Below, piece after piece: positions 19,241 to 29,308 of a stretch of DNA of 64,000 bases. The notes under the pieces were generated by a model that searched no databases, was not told the DNA's origin, and was given only the letters and a program-made list of their open reading frames with translations. Position numbers and translations under genes: made by a program. Source of the stretch: Hoeflea sp. (GTDB lineage Bacteria; Pseudomonadota; Alphaproteobacteria; Rhizobiales; Rhizobiaceae); assembly GCA_020637795.1 (NCBI GenBank), contig JACKJT010000002.1, positions 919,092-983,091 on the forward strand, written 5' to 3'. Position 1 is the stretch's first letter. Each line of letters opens with the position of its first letter.

Positions 19241-20143
19241 CTACGCCGATTGTCTCCATGATCCCGCCGCTTCGAGGATCTCGGTGCTTTCCTTGCTCGG
19301 CGCCGTGCCGAACTTGCGCTGGTAATCGCGGCTGAAATGCGTGGGGCTCTCGTAGCCCACTTCGAAACTTGCCGACGCGACACTGTGACGACCGGTGCGC
19401 AGCAGATCCCGCGCGGCAATCATGCGCAGATCCTTTTGGTACTGCAGCGGCGTGGTGCCGGTGACCTGCTTGAAATGGCCATGAAACGAGGATTGGCTCA
19501 TGCCCGCCGACTGGGCGAGCTCCGGGATTGACAGATTCTGGCGGAAATCCCTCCTGATGTGCATGATCGCCCTCGCCACACGGCTGGCATGACTGTCGAT
19601 CGACAACAGGCTTCGCAACATGCCTCCGATCGGTGACACGAGAAGACGAAAATGGATTTCCCGGAGAATGGATGGGCCCAGAACCTCGGCTTCGACGGAA
19701 CTGTTCATCAATGACAGATACCTGCCAATCGTCTCGATCACCGCAGCGTCTGCAGGACCTGCCGAAAGAGAACGGAGCGGCGTTATCTCTCCCGCAGCGG
19801 AGCCGATCTGTTCGTAAAGGCTTCTGAGCACGCCAAGCTCCAGCGATACGATCAGCGCAAGGTAGGGTTTGCCCGCGGAGGCAGAGATGATCCGCGATTG
19901 AACGGGGAGATCGTGACTGACGATGAGCGCGTCACCCGCACGCAGCGTTACCGACTGATGCCCTATGGTGGTCTCCTTGGCGCCTTCCAGAACAAGGCAG
20001 ACCACCGGCTTGTAGACGACGGAATCAAATTCGCTGACTTCGCTGGTCTGCAGAACAGACAGGTTTGGCAGCGCATCCGCGTTCGTCTGCTTGCTGCGGT
20101 TCGGATACTCACGTGCCAAGGCAATCAGGTCGGCGAGCTGCAT
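19241..20143 (-). CDS. AraC-family regulator (YqhC-like N-terminal domain)
   Basis: YKPVVCLVLEGAKE and TPLQYQKDLR...VGYESPTHFSRDY motifs; divergent from the AKR gene. Confidence 0.88.
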   Translation of the reverse strand: MQLADLIALAREYPNRSKQTNADALPNLSVLQTSEVSEFDSVVYKPVVCLVLEGAKETTIGHQSVTLRAGDALIVSHDLPVQSRIISASAGKPYLALIVSLELGVLRSLYEQIGSAAGEITPLRSLSAGPADAAVIETIGRYLSLMNSSVEAEVLGPSILREIHFRLLVSPIGGMLRSLLSIDSHASRVARAIMHIRRDFRQNLSIPELAQSAGMSQSSFHGHFKQVTGTTPLQYQKDLRMIAARDLLRTGRHSVASASFEVGYESPTHFSRDYQRKFGTAPSKESTEILEAAGSWRQSA

Positions 20144-20306
20144 GATGATTTCCTTTCTGCACGTTTTGTAGCAACTGATCCGGAATATTGCATCCAAATC
20201 TCTCAAGCTTTGCAGGAATTGGCAGATGTTTCGAAGGAAGTGGCAGGCGTCGCAGGCTCGCGTTCGCTAGTTTGGCATGACTGACAAACAGCAAACGGAG
20301 ATGATC

Positions 20307-21221
20307 ATGGCCCTCATGACACGCACATTCCCTCTCAACGGCAGCGTCAATATCCCAGCTGTCGGATTCGGCACCTATCTGGTTTCAAGCGAGGATGCGC
20401 CCAGGGCAGTCCAGTCTGCCATCGAGTGCGGCTACCGCCACATTGACACGGCATCGGGCTACCGGAATGAGGCAGCGGTTGGCGAGGGTATTCGGGCCGG
20501 CCTGGCATCGACCGGCCTGTCGCGGAAGGACATTTTCGTGACAACCAAGCTCTGGCCCGGCAATCCGGCATGGGGAGATGCGCCAAGGACCCATGACCAG
20601 ACCATCGCCGAGTGCGAAGCAAGCCTCGACAAGCTCGGCCTGGACTATGTGGACCTCTACCTGATCCATGCGCCCTATGGCGGACCGAAACGGCTTTCCC
20701 AGTGGCGCGCGCTCATCGAATTGCAGAAGGCGGGCAAGGCACGGTCCATCGGCGTCAGCAATTTCAACCGGTCCCATCTTGAAGAAATCCGGGCGGCCGG
20801 GCTTCAGACACCCGACGCCAACCAGATCGAACTGCATCCATGGTCACAGAAGCCGGAACTGCTCGCCTACATGGCCGAAAACAAAATCGCGCCGATCGCC
20901 TACAGCAGCCTTGTGCCGCTTTCCACATGGCGCACCGAAGAGGGACAGGCCAGCGCCAAGACCGATGAGATGAAAGCCGACAGTGGCGTGTTCACGGACA
21001 TGGTACGGAAATACGGTGTTACCGAAGCCCAGTTTCTGCTTCGCTGGGGTATCCAGAACGGCTATGCCGTGTTGCCCAAGAGCCTCAATGTCGAACGCAT
21101 GAAGCAGAACATCGATCTCGACGGATTCGAAATCGAGGACTCCGACATGAAGGCCATACGGGCATTGGACAGGGGCCAGGGCGTTGCCTGGGCGACCGGC
21201 GACCCGAGCGCCGCGGCGTGA
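20307..21221 (+). CDS. Aldo/keto reductase
   Basis: GFGTY, GYRHIDTA, DLYLIH, IGVSNF and NQIELHP motifs. Alternative starts at 20277, 20301 and 20316. Confidence 0.9.
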   Translation: MALMTRTFPLNGSVNIPAVGFGTYLVSSEDAPRAVQSAIECGYRHIDTASGYRNEAAVGEGIRAGLASTGLSRKDIFVTTKLWPGNPAWGDAPRTHDQTIAECEASLDKLGLDYVDLYLIHAPYGGPKRLSQWRALIELQKAGKARSIGVSNFNRSHLEEIRAAGLQTPDANQIELHPWSQKPELLAYMAENKIAPIAYSSLVPLSTWRTEEGQASAKTDEMKADSGVFTDMVRKYGVTEAQFLLRWGIQNGYAVLPKSLNVERMKQNIDLDGFEIEDSDMKAIRALDRGQGVAWATGDPSAAA

Positions 21222-21303
21222 TACAACGCCGGAGCAATCAAAGCCGACGCGGGCGTTGTTTCGGGCAGGCAAGCGCGTGGGATGAAAACACCGGGGAGAC
21301 CTC

Positions 21304-23184
21304 ATGACCGCCGAATTCATGTTCATCACTTTCACATTGTTTCTGGCAGGCATGATTGCCGTACCGCTCGCCTCGCGTTTCGGGCTCGGTTCGGTACTGG
21401 GTTATCTGATAGCCGGAATTGCCATCGGCCCGGTCCTGCACTGGGCCGGTGTCGACGTTGTCGCCCTGCAGCATTTCACCGAGTTCGGCGTGGTCATGAT
21501 GCTGTTCCTGATTGGCCTGGAAATGCAGCCCAAGGTGCTTTGGGCCATGCGGTCGAAGATCTTCCTGATGGGCGGCTTGCAGGTCGGCCTGACAGCCCTG
21601 GCGGTCATGGCCGTCGCCATGATGTTCGGGCTTTCCTGGACCATTGCGCTCGCAATCGGCCTGATCTTTGCCCTGTCGTCAACGGCCATCGTTACCCAGA
21701 CCCTCAATGAAAAGGGACTGATGAAGAGCGATGGCGGACAGGCGAGCTTCGCGGTGCTTCTGTTTCAGGATATCGCCGTCATACCCATGCTTGCATTGAT
21801 CCCGCTTCTGGCACTGAGCGAATTGAGGGAAGCGCTGTCTCACGGGGGCGACCATGGAGGCGGGCATGGCGAGGCAGCATTGAATCTCAATCTGGTCGAG
21901 GGATTGCCCGGCTGGCAGACCGCGTTGATTACCCTAGCTGCCATCGGCCTGGTCATCGTCGCCGGCCGGTACCTGACGGGACCAGTATTCCGCTATATTG
22001 CCCGCGCCCGGCTGCGTGAACTGTTCGTCAGCACCGCACTGATGATCGTCGTCGGCATCGCGCTGCTGATGACGATGGTCGGGCTGTCGCCCGCGCTTGG
22101 CACCTTTCTGGCGGGCGTCGTCATGGCCAACAGCGAATACCGGCATGAACTGGAAAGCGACATCGCTCCCTTTAAGGGCATTTTCCTCGGCGTGTTCTTT
22201 ATCACGGTGGGCGCCAGCATCGATTTTGCGCTCCTGGGGGAAAACCTCGCCTTGATCGTCGGCCTGACCCTGGGCCTGATCCTGCTCAAGTGCATTGTGA
22301 TGCTGGTGCTTGGCCGGACCTTCAAGCTTGCCGGCGGCGACAAGTGGCTGTTCGCGCTCGGCCTTGCGCAGGCTGGCGAATTCGGTTTCGTGCTGGTCTC
22401 CTTCACCGTCGCCAACGCGGTCGTGCCCGCGCCGATTGCCGACCTGCTCCTGCTTGTCATTGCGATGTCGATGTTGCTCACCCCCGCCCTGTTCATCCTC
22501 TATGACAGGCTGATTGCACCGCGGTATTCCCGCCAGCAGGAACGTGAAGCCGACGAAATTGCCGATGAGTCCGGCATCATCATCGCCGGCCACGGCAGGT
22601 TTGGCGGCATCGTCAATCGGGCATTGCGGGCGGCCGACTACGAAACCACGGTGATCGATTACAGCAATGATCAGCTGAAGATGCTGCGCCGCTTTCGCCT
22701 CAGTGCCTATTACGGTGACGCAACCCGGCCGGATTTGCTCCATGCCGCCGGTATTGAAAACGCCAGGGTGCTTGTGATCGCCATCGACAACAAGGAAGCG
22801 ACAACGGAACTCGCCCGCCACATGCACGAGCATCATCCCCACGTGCACGTCGTCGCCCGCGCCATCGACCGCTGGCACGTCTATGAGCTCTGGTCCGTCG
22901 GTTGCCGTGACATCATACGCGAAACCTATGACAGCTCGATCCGCGCGGCACGTTCCACCTTCGAGGCGCTCGGCCATTCACGTGAAAAGGCCGAAAGGCT
23001 TGTCGGCGTGTTCGAGGCCTTTGACCGAAAGACGATGCTTCAAACGGCTGCGGCCTTCATCCAGAGCGAGGATCCGCATGCCGACGACAGCGAATTCTCC
23101 CGCCTGGTCGGTGAGAACCTGGACGGCTGGGAGGCCGAACTGAAGGCAAGCATGAAGAGTGCGTTGAAGGAGCCTGGGGCATGA
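21304..23184 (+). CDS. KefB/KefC-like CPA2 potassium efflux antiporter with KTN domain
   Basis: HELESDIAPFK regulatory loop, GHGRFG and YYGDATRPDLL motifs. Confidence 0.88.
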   Translation: MTAEFMFITFTLFLAGMIAVPLASRFGLGSVLGYLIAGIAIGPVLHWAGVDVVALQHFTEFGVVMMLFLIGLEMQPKVLWAMRSKIFLMGGLQVGLTALAVMAVAMMFGLSWTIALAIGLIFALSSTAIVTQTLNEKGLMKSDGGQASFAVLLFQDIAVIPMLALIPLLALSELREALSHGGDHGGGHGEAALNLNLVEGLPGWQTALITLAAIGLVIVAGRYLTGPVFRYIARARLRELFVSTALMIVVGIALLMTMVGLSPALGTFLAGVVMANSEYRHELESDIAPFKGIFLGVFFITVGASIDFALLGENLALIVGLTLGLILLKCIVMLVLGRTFKLAGGDKWLFALGLAQAGEFGFVLVSFTVANAVVPAPIADLLLLVIAMSMLLTPALFILYDRLIAPRYSRQQEREADEIADESGIIIAGHGRFGGIVNRALRAADYETTVIDYSNDQLKMLRRFRLSAYYGDATRPDLLHAAGIENARVLVIAIDNKEATTELARHMHEHHPHVHVVARAIDRWHVYELWSVGCRDIIRETYDSSIRAARSTFEALGHSREKAERLVGVFEAFDRKTMLQTAAAFIQSEDPHADDSEFSRLVGENLDGWEAELKASMKSALKEPGA

Positions 23185-23334
23185 TGCCGACAGAACCTCA
23201 GACGCAGAAGGCCGGGAACGTAGCCTGACGGCATGGTGTCTTGGCAACGGCAAGGGGTGAAGGCTACGCGGTGCTGTTGATGCGGTGATGGCTTCACTTC
23301 TATTGTAGACAGCATTGTCACCGGGAAACCCGTA

Positions 23335-24027
23335 ATGCTCCAGACCATTGCTTTTGACGCCGACGACACACTTTGGGAAAACGAGCAGTTCTATCGTTTG
23401 ACCGAGCAGGAATTCCGCGCGCTCCTGTCAGATCATGCCGACGGCGACCATCTTTCCGAACGTTTGCTGGCCGCCGAGAAGCGCAACCTGAAAACTTATG
23501 GGTTCGGCATCAAGGGTTTCGTTCTGTCGATGATCGAAACCGCCATCGAAATCACCGACGGGCAGGTTCCGACCGAAACCATCGCAAAGATTCTCGCGAT
23601 CGGCCGCGATCTTCTCGGACACCCGATCGAACTGCTGGAAGGCGCGGGCGACGTGCTCGACACGCTGGCTGGCAGCTATAGCCTGATGCTGATCACGAAG
23701 GGGGACCTGTTCGACCAGGAACGCAAGATCGCCCAGTCAGGTCTCGCCGAAAAGTTTGCCGCCATCGATATAGTGCCGGACAAGAACGCCTCGGTCTACC
23801 GCCGGATATTTGCCCGGAGAGGGACCGAGCCGGACAGCACGGCCATGGTCGGCAATTCGCTCAAGTCGGACATCGTTCCCGTGCTCGAGCTTGGCGCATG
23901 GGGCATCTTCGTCCCGCATGCCCTCACCTGGTCACTGGAACACGTCGAAGCACCCGTCGATCATCAACGGTTCAGGCAGATCGAAAACCTCAAGGTGCTG
24001 CCTGAGCTGCTATCCAGGCTGTCCTGA
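23335..24027 (+). CDS. HAD-family hydrolase
   Basis: FDADDTLW, ITKGD and MVGNSLKSD motifs. Confidence 0.88.
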   Translation: MLQTIAFDADDTLWENEQFYRLTEQEFRALLSDHADGDHLSERLLAAEKRNLKTYGFGIKGFVLSMIETAIEITDGQVPTETIAKILAIGRDLLGHPIELLEGAGDVLDTLAGSYSLMLITKGDLFDQERKIAQSGLAEKFAAIDIVPDKNASVYRRIFARRGTEPDSTAMVGNSLKSDIVPVLELGAWGIFVPHALTWSLEHVEAPVDHQRFRQIENLKVLPELLSRLS

Positions 24028-24162
24028 GCCCCCCAGCGACCTCCATCTTCGCCGCTGGGACCCGGCCATGTGTTTATCGGCCGCCACGTCGGCTTCCGAG
24101 CAATGCCAGTGCAATTAGACTGCGAGTTCGGACGGTTCAGGCCTGAGCCCTTGTCCGCGGGC

Positions 24163-25323
24163 TCAGGCGGCGGCAATCTTCTTCTGCGGATCGTAGAAGG
24201 GGCGCTCGACAATGACGGCCCGTTCCGTTCCAGCCTCGTTGACAAGCCCTGTCCGGTTAACGACGTCGCATCGGGCGCCGAGAACGGCATGCTCGGCCCC
24301 GACCATGGCGAGCGCGATGTTTTGCTGCAGGCGCGGCGAATAGATGGCAGACGTGACCTTGCCGATGGTCACCCCATCCTTCCTGATCGGCCAGTATGAA
24401 GTGTTCGGGCCATTCAGCGGGCTACCCTCGATGACCAGGCCAACCTGCTTGCGGGCAACACCCTGCGCCTTGATGCGGCGCAGGGCGGCCTTGCCGATGA
24501 AATCCGCCTCGATGTCCAGGTTCACCAGCCGGTCCAGTCCCAGCTCAAACGGGTTGGTCTTGTTGTCCGCGTCCGCATGGTAGGACAGCATCCCGCCCTC
24601 GATCCGGCGAATGGAGGAAGTGTGCCCGGGCTTCAGACCGAAAGGCGCGCCCGCAGCCATGATCCTTTCCCACAATGCGTCACCATGGGCGCTGTCGCGC
24701 AGGTAGATCTCGTAACCCAGTTCACTGGACCAGCCGGTGCGCGACACCACCAGGGGAATCCCGTCAAGCTCGACCTCGCGCATCCAGTAGTATTTCAGAT
24801 CCATGATGCTGTCGCCGAACAGCGCCCGCATGATCTGACCCGACTTCGGCCCCTGCAATTGCAGCGGCGACACATCGGGCTCGTCGATGGTGACATCAAG
24901 GCCGGCATGGACCGCCACGCCTTGAGCCCAGAGCAGGATGTCGCTGTCTGCCAAAGAGATCCAGAAGTGGTTCTCTCCCAGGCGCAGCAGGATCGGATCA
25001 TTCAGCAGGCCGCCATCGGCGTTGGTAATCAGAATGTACTTGCACTGTCCCACGGCCATCTTGGAAAGATCGCGCGAGGTCAGCATCTGGACGAATTTCG
25101 CCGCATCCGGTCCGGTGATCTCCACCTGGCGCTCGACTGCCACGTCGCACAGGATCGCGTCGTTCACGAGGTTCCAGAAGTTCTGCTCGGGATCGCCGAA
25201 ATCGCGCGGGATATACATGTGATTGTAGACTGAAAACCCCTTGGCGCCCCACCGCACGGTGGCGTCGAAATAGGGGGACTTGCGGATCTGCGTGCCGAAA
25301 CCGAAATCGTCTGCATTCATCAT
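24163..25323 (-). CDS. GcvT-family THF-dependent demethylase, DmdA-like
   Basis: SVYNHM, DVAVERQVEI, GGLLNDP, WISLADSD and EPDVSPL motifs are shared with DMSP demethylase. Orthology is not established. Confidence 0.8.
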   Translation of the reverse strand: MMNADDFGFGTQIRKSPYFDATVRWGAKGFSVYNHMYIPRDFGDPEQNFWNLVNDAILCDVAVERQVEITGPDAAKFVQMLTSRDLSKMAVGQCKYILITNADGGLLNDPILLRLGENHFWISLADSDILLWAQGVAVHAGLDVTIDEPDVSPLQLQGPKSGQIMRALFGDSIMDLKYYWMREVELDGIPLVVSRTGWSSELGYEIYLRDSAHGDALWERIMAAGAPFGLKPGHTSSIRRIEGGMLSYHADADNKTNPFELGLDRLVNLDIEADFIGKAALRRIKAQGVARKQVGLVIEGSPLNGPNTSYWPIRKDGVTIGKVTSAIYSPRLQQNIALAMVGAEHAVLGARCDVVNRTGLVNEAGTERAVIVERPFYDPQKKIAAA

Positions 25324-25483
25324 TGTCTTCGACCTTTTCTAAATGGCCAAACTGGCCCTGTGGCGCCCGAAATCTGACGACTATTTAGTCCTGGTCGAGG
25401 CGTGTATGTGGACTGAAAAAAGGCACCGCGAAGTCTGAACGGACTGTTCTTCCGGCCACCGATGGGCTGATTGGTCGGATGCG

Positions 25484-25975
25484 TCAGGAGCGGCCCGTGG
25501 CCGCCAGTTTTACAAGGTTCGGCTTGCTTGATTTGACCTGCCGGGTCGCGATGTAGGTCATGTACCGGTCAATCCCGAGCTCGGCCGTCAACAGGGTCTC
25601 CATCAAGGCCTGAAACGCTGCCAGATTGGGGGTGATCGTTACCATCACATAATCCATTCCACCGCCGGTAGCGACGCAATCGATGATCTCGTCGAGAGAC
25701 CTGACAAGGGCCTCGAAGCGCTCGAAATCCGCCTTTCGGTGATGCGTCAGCGAAATGGTCACGACAACCTGGGTAAAATCGACAATCCGGTCCAGCGCGA
25801 TATCCGCATGGTATCCGCGAATGAACCCGGCTGCCTTCAGCCGATCCAGGCGGGCCCAGCAGGGTGTGGCTGAAATGTTGGCGATCTCTGCAAGTCTGGT
25901 CTTGCTCAGTTGCCCATGCTGCTGGATCGCGCTGAGAATCCGGATGTCCGTGCTATCAAGACCAAACTTTTTCAT
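25484..25975 (-). CDS. Lrp/AsnC-family transcriptional regulator
   Basis: LDSTDIRIL...ISATPCWARLDRL...GFIRGYHA motif. Start at ATG 25975 preferred. Confidence 0.88.
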   Translation of the reverse strand: MKKFGLDSTDIRILSAIQQHGQLSKTRLAEIANISATPCWARLDRLKAAGFIRGYHADIALDRIVDFTQVVVTISLTHHRKADFERFEALVRSLDEIIDCVATGGGMDYVMVTITPNLAAFQALMETLLTAELGIDRYMTYIATRQVKSSKPNLVKLAATGRS

Positions 25976-26285
25976 CAGCTCAAACTTTCGCCGCACCCTC
26001 CGGTGCCATGGAAACAGCAAGCTACAGTCTTCTATACAAAGGTCTTCTTAGGTCATGCGTGTCGAGCGTGCACCCGGTTTTGCGACACCCTCCGGCACAA
26101 CCGCGTCGGGCTCCGGCTGCGACAAGCATTTTCGCATCATCGGTCAGATGACCCGCAATGCTCACCCGTCCACGCAGCCAGGACATCGCGAATGATCTGA
26201 AAGGCCGTCGCCGCTCAGCCCCTTGAACAGGGAGCAGCCGGGACGGATGGCCACTTGCCGGCCAATCGAGCCGCAGCCCCTGCTC

Positions 26286-27692
26286 CTACCCCGGCAGCCC
26301 CAACGGCCTCAACCTGCGCCAGTGATAGAACACCTTGGCCAGCGCCGCCGAAACGATCCTCGCATCGACGGTGTCGGAGCGGCTGGTCAGCATGATCGGG
26401 ACGCGGGCACCCAGTGCAATGCCGGCGGAGGAGGCGCCGGCGAGGTGGATCAGCTGCTTGGCGATCATGTTGCCACTCTCGAGATTGGGCGTGACCAGGA
26501 TATCGGCATGGCCCGCCACGTCGGAGACGATGCCCTTGGCGGCGACGGCTGCGGGCGAGATCGCGTTGTCGAAGGCGAGCGGCCCGTCGACCTTGCCGCC
26601 AACGATCTGGCCGCGGTCGTGCATCTTGCAGATCGCGGCTGCGAGCAGCGTCGAGGGCAGCTTGCCGGTCACGGTTTCCACCGCCGAGAGCAGCGCCACC
26701 AGCGGCGTCTCGACGCCGATGGCGATGGCGAGATCGATGGCGTTCTGCACGATGTCTTTCAGAGCTTCGAGATCGGGCGAGATGTTGATCGCCGCATCGG
26801 TGACAAACAGCGTCCGGTCCTGCCCCGGCACGTCGAGCGCGAAGACATGGGAGAGCCGCCGCTCGGTTCTCAGCCCCTTGGTCTTGTCGAGCACCGCCAG
26901 GAGAAGTTCGTCGGTGTGCAGCTTGCCCTTCATTAGCGCGCCGGCGCGGCCCGCGTGCACCAGCGCCACGGCCACTTCCGCCGCCGCGTGGCTGTGCGGC
27001 GCGTCGACGATCTCGAGCCCAGTGAGATCAAGCCCCGCCTGCTCCGCCGCGGCCGCGATCTTGGCCCTCGGCCCGACCAGCACCGGCGTGATCATGCCCT
27101 CGTCGCGCGCCGCCAGCGCCCCGCCGAGGCTCAGCGCATCGCAGGGGTGAACGATGGCCGTCAGCAGCGGATCGAGCGCCCTTGCTCGCTCGACCAGCGC
27201 GCCGAAGCGCACGCCCGGGGCCTTGAGGTGGGTGACCGGCATGCGGGCGATGCGCCGGCGGATCTTGGCTCGTGGCGCACGGACCTCGGCCTCACCCGAC
27301 ACGATCGTCTCGCCCTCGGCATTCAGGCAGCTGCAATCGAGCGTGACGTGCCCCGTGCCCTTGTCGATGCCGGTGACTTCGACACGCACTGTGATGTGGT
27401 CGCCGACATTGACCGGCCGGTGGAATTTCAGCGTCTGCCCCAGGTGCACGGTGCCGGGGCCGGGCAACCGTGTTGCCAGCACCGCGGAGATCATCGTGCC
27501 CGCCCACATGCCGTGCACAATCCCCTGCGTCAGTTCCGGGCCTTCCTCCTCACCCTCTTCCAGGTTTGCCGGATTGACGTCCGCGGACACCGTGGCGAAC
27601 ATGGCGATGTCGGGATGGGTCAGCACCCGTTCAATTTCGGCGCGGTCCCCGACGGTAATTTCGTCGACGGTGCGGTTTTCGATCAGATCCAT
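26286..27692 (-). CDS. Bifunctional MaoC-type enoyl-CoA hydratase / phosphate acyltransferase
   Basis: N-terminal hot-dog domain (HGMW...LPGPGT) and PTA/PTB domain (LMKG, TDAAIN, DGPLAFDNA, LTSRSD). Confidence 0.88.
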   Translation of the reverse strand: MDLIENRTVDEITVGDRAEIERVLTHPDIAMFATVSADVNPANLEEGEEEGPELTQGIVHGMWAGTMISAVLATRLPGPGTVHLGQTLKFHRPVNVGDHITVRVEVTGIDKGTGHVTLDCSCLNAEGETIVSGEAEVRAPRAKIRRRIARMPVTHLKAPGVRFGALVERARALDPLLTAIVHPCDALSLGGALAARDEGMITPVLVGPRAKIAAAAEQAGLDLTGLEIVDAPHSHAAAEVAVALVHAGRAGALMKGKLHTDELLLAVLDKTKGLRTERRLSHVFALDVPGQDRTLFVTDAAINISPDLEALKDIVQNAIDLAIAIGVETPLVALLSAVETVTGKLPSTLLAAAICKMHDRGQIVGGKVDGPLAFDNAISPAAVAAKGIVSDVAGHADILVTPNLESGNMIAKQLIHLAGASSAGIALGARVPIMLTSRSDTVDARIVSAALAKVFYHWRRLRPLGLPG

Positions 27693-27936
27693 TCAGACAC
27701 TCCAAAGACGCTTGGTTCGGCCGCAACCGGTGACAGGCCCGGAGACGGGCCTTGCAGACCGGCCGTTCCGGCCAGGTTCGATTGCGGACCCGGATGGCAG
27801 CGAACTTGCCCCAGCAGTGTAACAGACACAAGACACCGGGCCCGCCGCGACCCGGTTTTCGGCACGGTCGCCGGCGGGAACACTCGGAGCCGGGATCGGG
27901 CATCCGGTCGCAGCCGGAACCGGCCCGCAGAAAGGC

Positions 27937-27974
27937 AAAAAAAGACCTGCCAGCGCGGCGGCAGCTGGCAGGTC
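27937..27974 (-). terminator. Rho-independent terminator after the cytochrome b gene
   Basis: 11-bp stem GACCTGCCAGC/GCTGGCAGGTC followed by T7 on the minus strand. Confidence 0.85.
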
Positions 27975-28005
27975 GGCCCAAGCGTCGAGGGGGACGTGAG
28001 AACGC

Positions 28006-28587
28006 TCAGGCGATGTCGTCGGGTCCGGGGGCGCGCTTGCGGCCGGTGATCATGGCGCGGACAAGGTTCTCGCCATGCTCGAAGCCCGCGACAATGACCC
28101 CGCCGACATGCAATCCGATCAGGCCGAGAGCGGCAAAGGCCGATGCCTCGTGCAACTCCTCGACCCATTCCACCCCCCAATAGGCATCGGTGGTCATCAT
28201 GAAACCGGAGAGCGAGATGGCGGCGAGAACAAGCAGCAGGGCAATCACCATCGCTCCACCCGCCGGATTGTGCCCGAGATAGCGCCTTGCCTTCATCCGC
28301 ACCGTGTCAGTGACAAATCCCGCCACGGTCGACGGCCGGTAGATGAACGAGGCAAATCGCGCGTGCCGCGACCCGACGAAACCCCAGATAACCCGAAAGC
28401 CGATCAGCCCGGCGATGACGTAGCCCGCCACCTCGTGCGGCTTCTGCCATTCATCGCCGGTCAGAAAGGCGAAGGTGAACAGGCCGACGAGCGACCAGTG
28501 GAAGATCCTGACCAGCGGGTCCCACACCCTGACGGTCGCCGGCGACTGGATGTCGCCGGTTTCCATCGCGGTCCTGGCCGTTGCCAT
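28006..28587 (-). CDS. Cytochrome b (Ni/Fe-hydrogenase b-type-like) membrane protein
   Basis: VWDPLVRIFHW, GHNPAG, ELHE and LHVGG (His ligands), ENLVRAMITG. Confidence 0.88.
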   Translation of the reverse strand: MATARTAMETGDIQSPATVRVWDPLVRIFHWSLVGLFTFAFLTGDEWQKPHEVAGYVIAGLIGFRVIWGFVGSRHARFASFIYRPSTVAGFVTDTVRMKARRYLGHNPAGGAMVIALLLVLAAISLSGFMMTTDAYWGVEWVEELHEASAFAALGLIGLHVGGVIVAGFEHGENLVRAMITGRKRAPGPDDIA

Positions 28588-28859
28588 CAGTCGTTACCCG
28601 TGACGCTGAGGACCTCGCCGGTGCCGGGGTGGAAATAGATCTCGACGCGCTTGCCGTTCTTGTCCATCGCATAGGCTTCCATGCAGCCGTCTTCGGCCTT
28701 GATCGAGCGAACGTCATAGCCCAGTCCCTTGGCCTTTTCGGTAATGGCGGCGTCGCTCATCCACTGATCGCGCGGTACGTTCGGGCAGTCCTGCGAGGCG
28801 AACGCTGCGGCCGGGGCGATGGCAGTGAACAGGACGGCGGCGATAAGCGGTGTTTTCAT
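28587..28859 (-). CDS. Small exported PepSY-domain protein
   Basis: Signal peptide, two Cys, GYDVRSIK...GCMEAY...VEIYFHP. Confidence 0.8.
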   Translation of the reverse strand: MKTPLIAAVLFTAIAPAAAFASQDCPNVPRDQWMSDAAITEKAKGLGYDVRSIKAEDGCMEAYAMDKNGKRVEIYFHPGTGEVLSVTGND

Positions 28860-28927
28860 GCTATGTCTCCTTCGATAAAGCGGTATGGCCGTCTGGCCGT
28901 TGACGCTGGCTTTATCGCAGAGCCATC

Positions 28928-28966
28928 ATGACAATCCGCTGATCGGGTCTGTCAGCGTTTTGTCAT
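28928..28966. promoter_or_regulatory. Inverted repeat between divergent PepSY genes; candidate response-regulator boxes
   Basis: ATGACAATCCGCTGA-N9-TCAGCGTTTTGTCAT (13/15 match between arms). Confidence 0.6.
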
Positions 28967-28989
28967 TTTCAAACAGCGATGCTGCAGTC

Positions 28990-29304
28990 ATGATCTCTAA
29001 AGTATATCCTCTCTTGCTGATTGCGGCCCTCGCGCTGGCGCCGGTTGCCGCCGTTGCCGATGATGATCATCGCAAACGCGACGATATCGACGCCGCGGTG
29101 AGGAAAGGCGAAATCCTGCAATTGTCGGAAATCCTCAAGCGGGTTAAACCGCAGATCGACGGCAAGATCCTGGAAATCGAATTCGAGAACAGCAAGAACA
29201 ATCCGATCTACGAGATCTATGTTCTCGACCGCAGCGGACACCGCCTCGAATACGAGGTCGACGCCCGGACCGCCAGAATCATCAGCTTTGAAGCCGACCA
29301 TTGA
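28990..29304 (+). CDS. Exported PepSY-domain protein
   Basis: Signal peptide, AVRKGEIL.L, GKILEIEFE...IYEI...VDART. Confidence 0.8.
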   Translation: MISKVYPLLLIAALALAPVAAVADDDHRKRDDIDAAVRKGEILQLSEILKRVKPQIDGKILEIEFENSKNNPIYEIYVLDRSGHRLEYEVDARTARIISFEADH

Positions 29305-29308
29305 TCCC

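Noticed and set aside
23185-23334. Possible IS end or gene remnant between kefB and the HAD gene
   Set aside because: No partner repeat or translatable transposase fragment found.
27700-27930. GC-rich hairpins upstream of the MaoC-PTA gene as a riboswitch
   Set aside because: No recognisable aptamer motif; hairpins are expected at this GC content.
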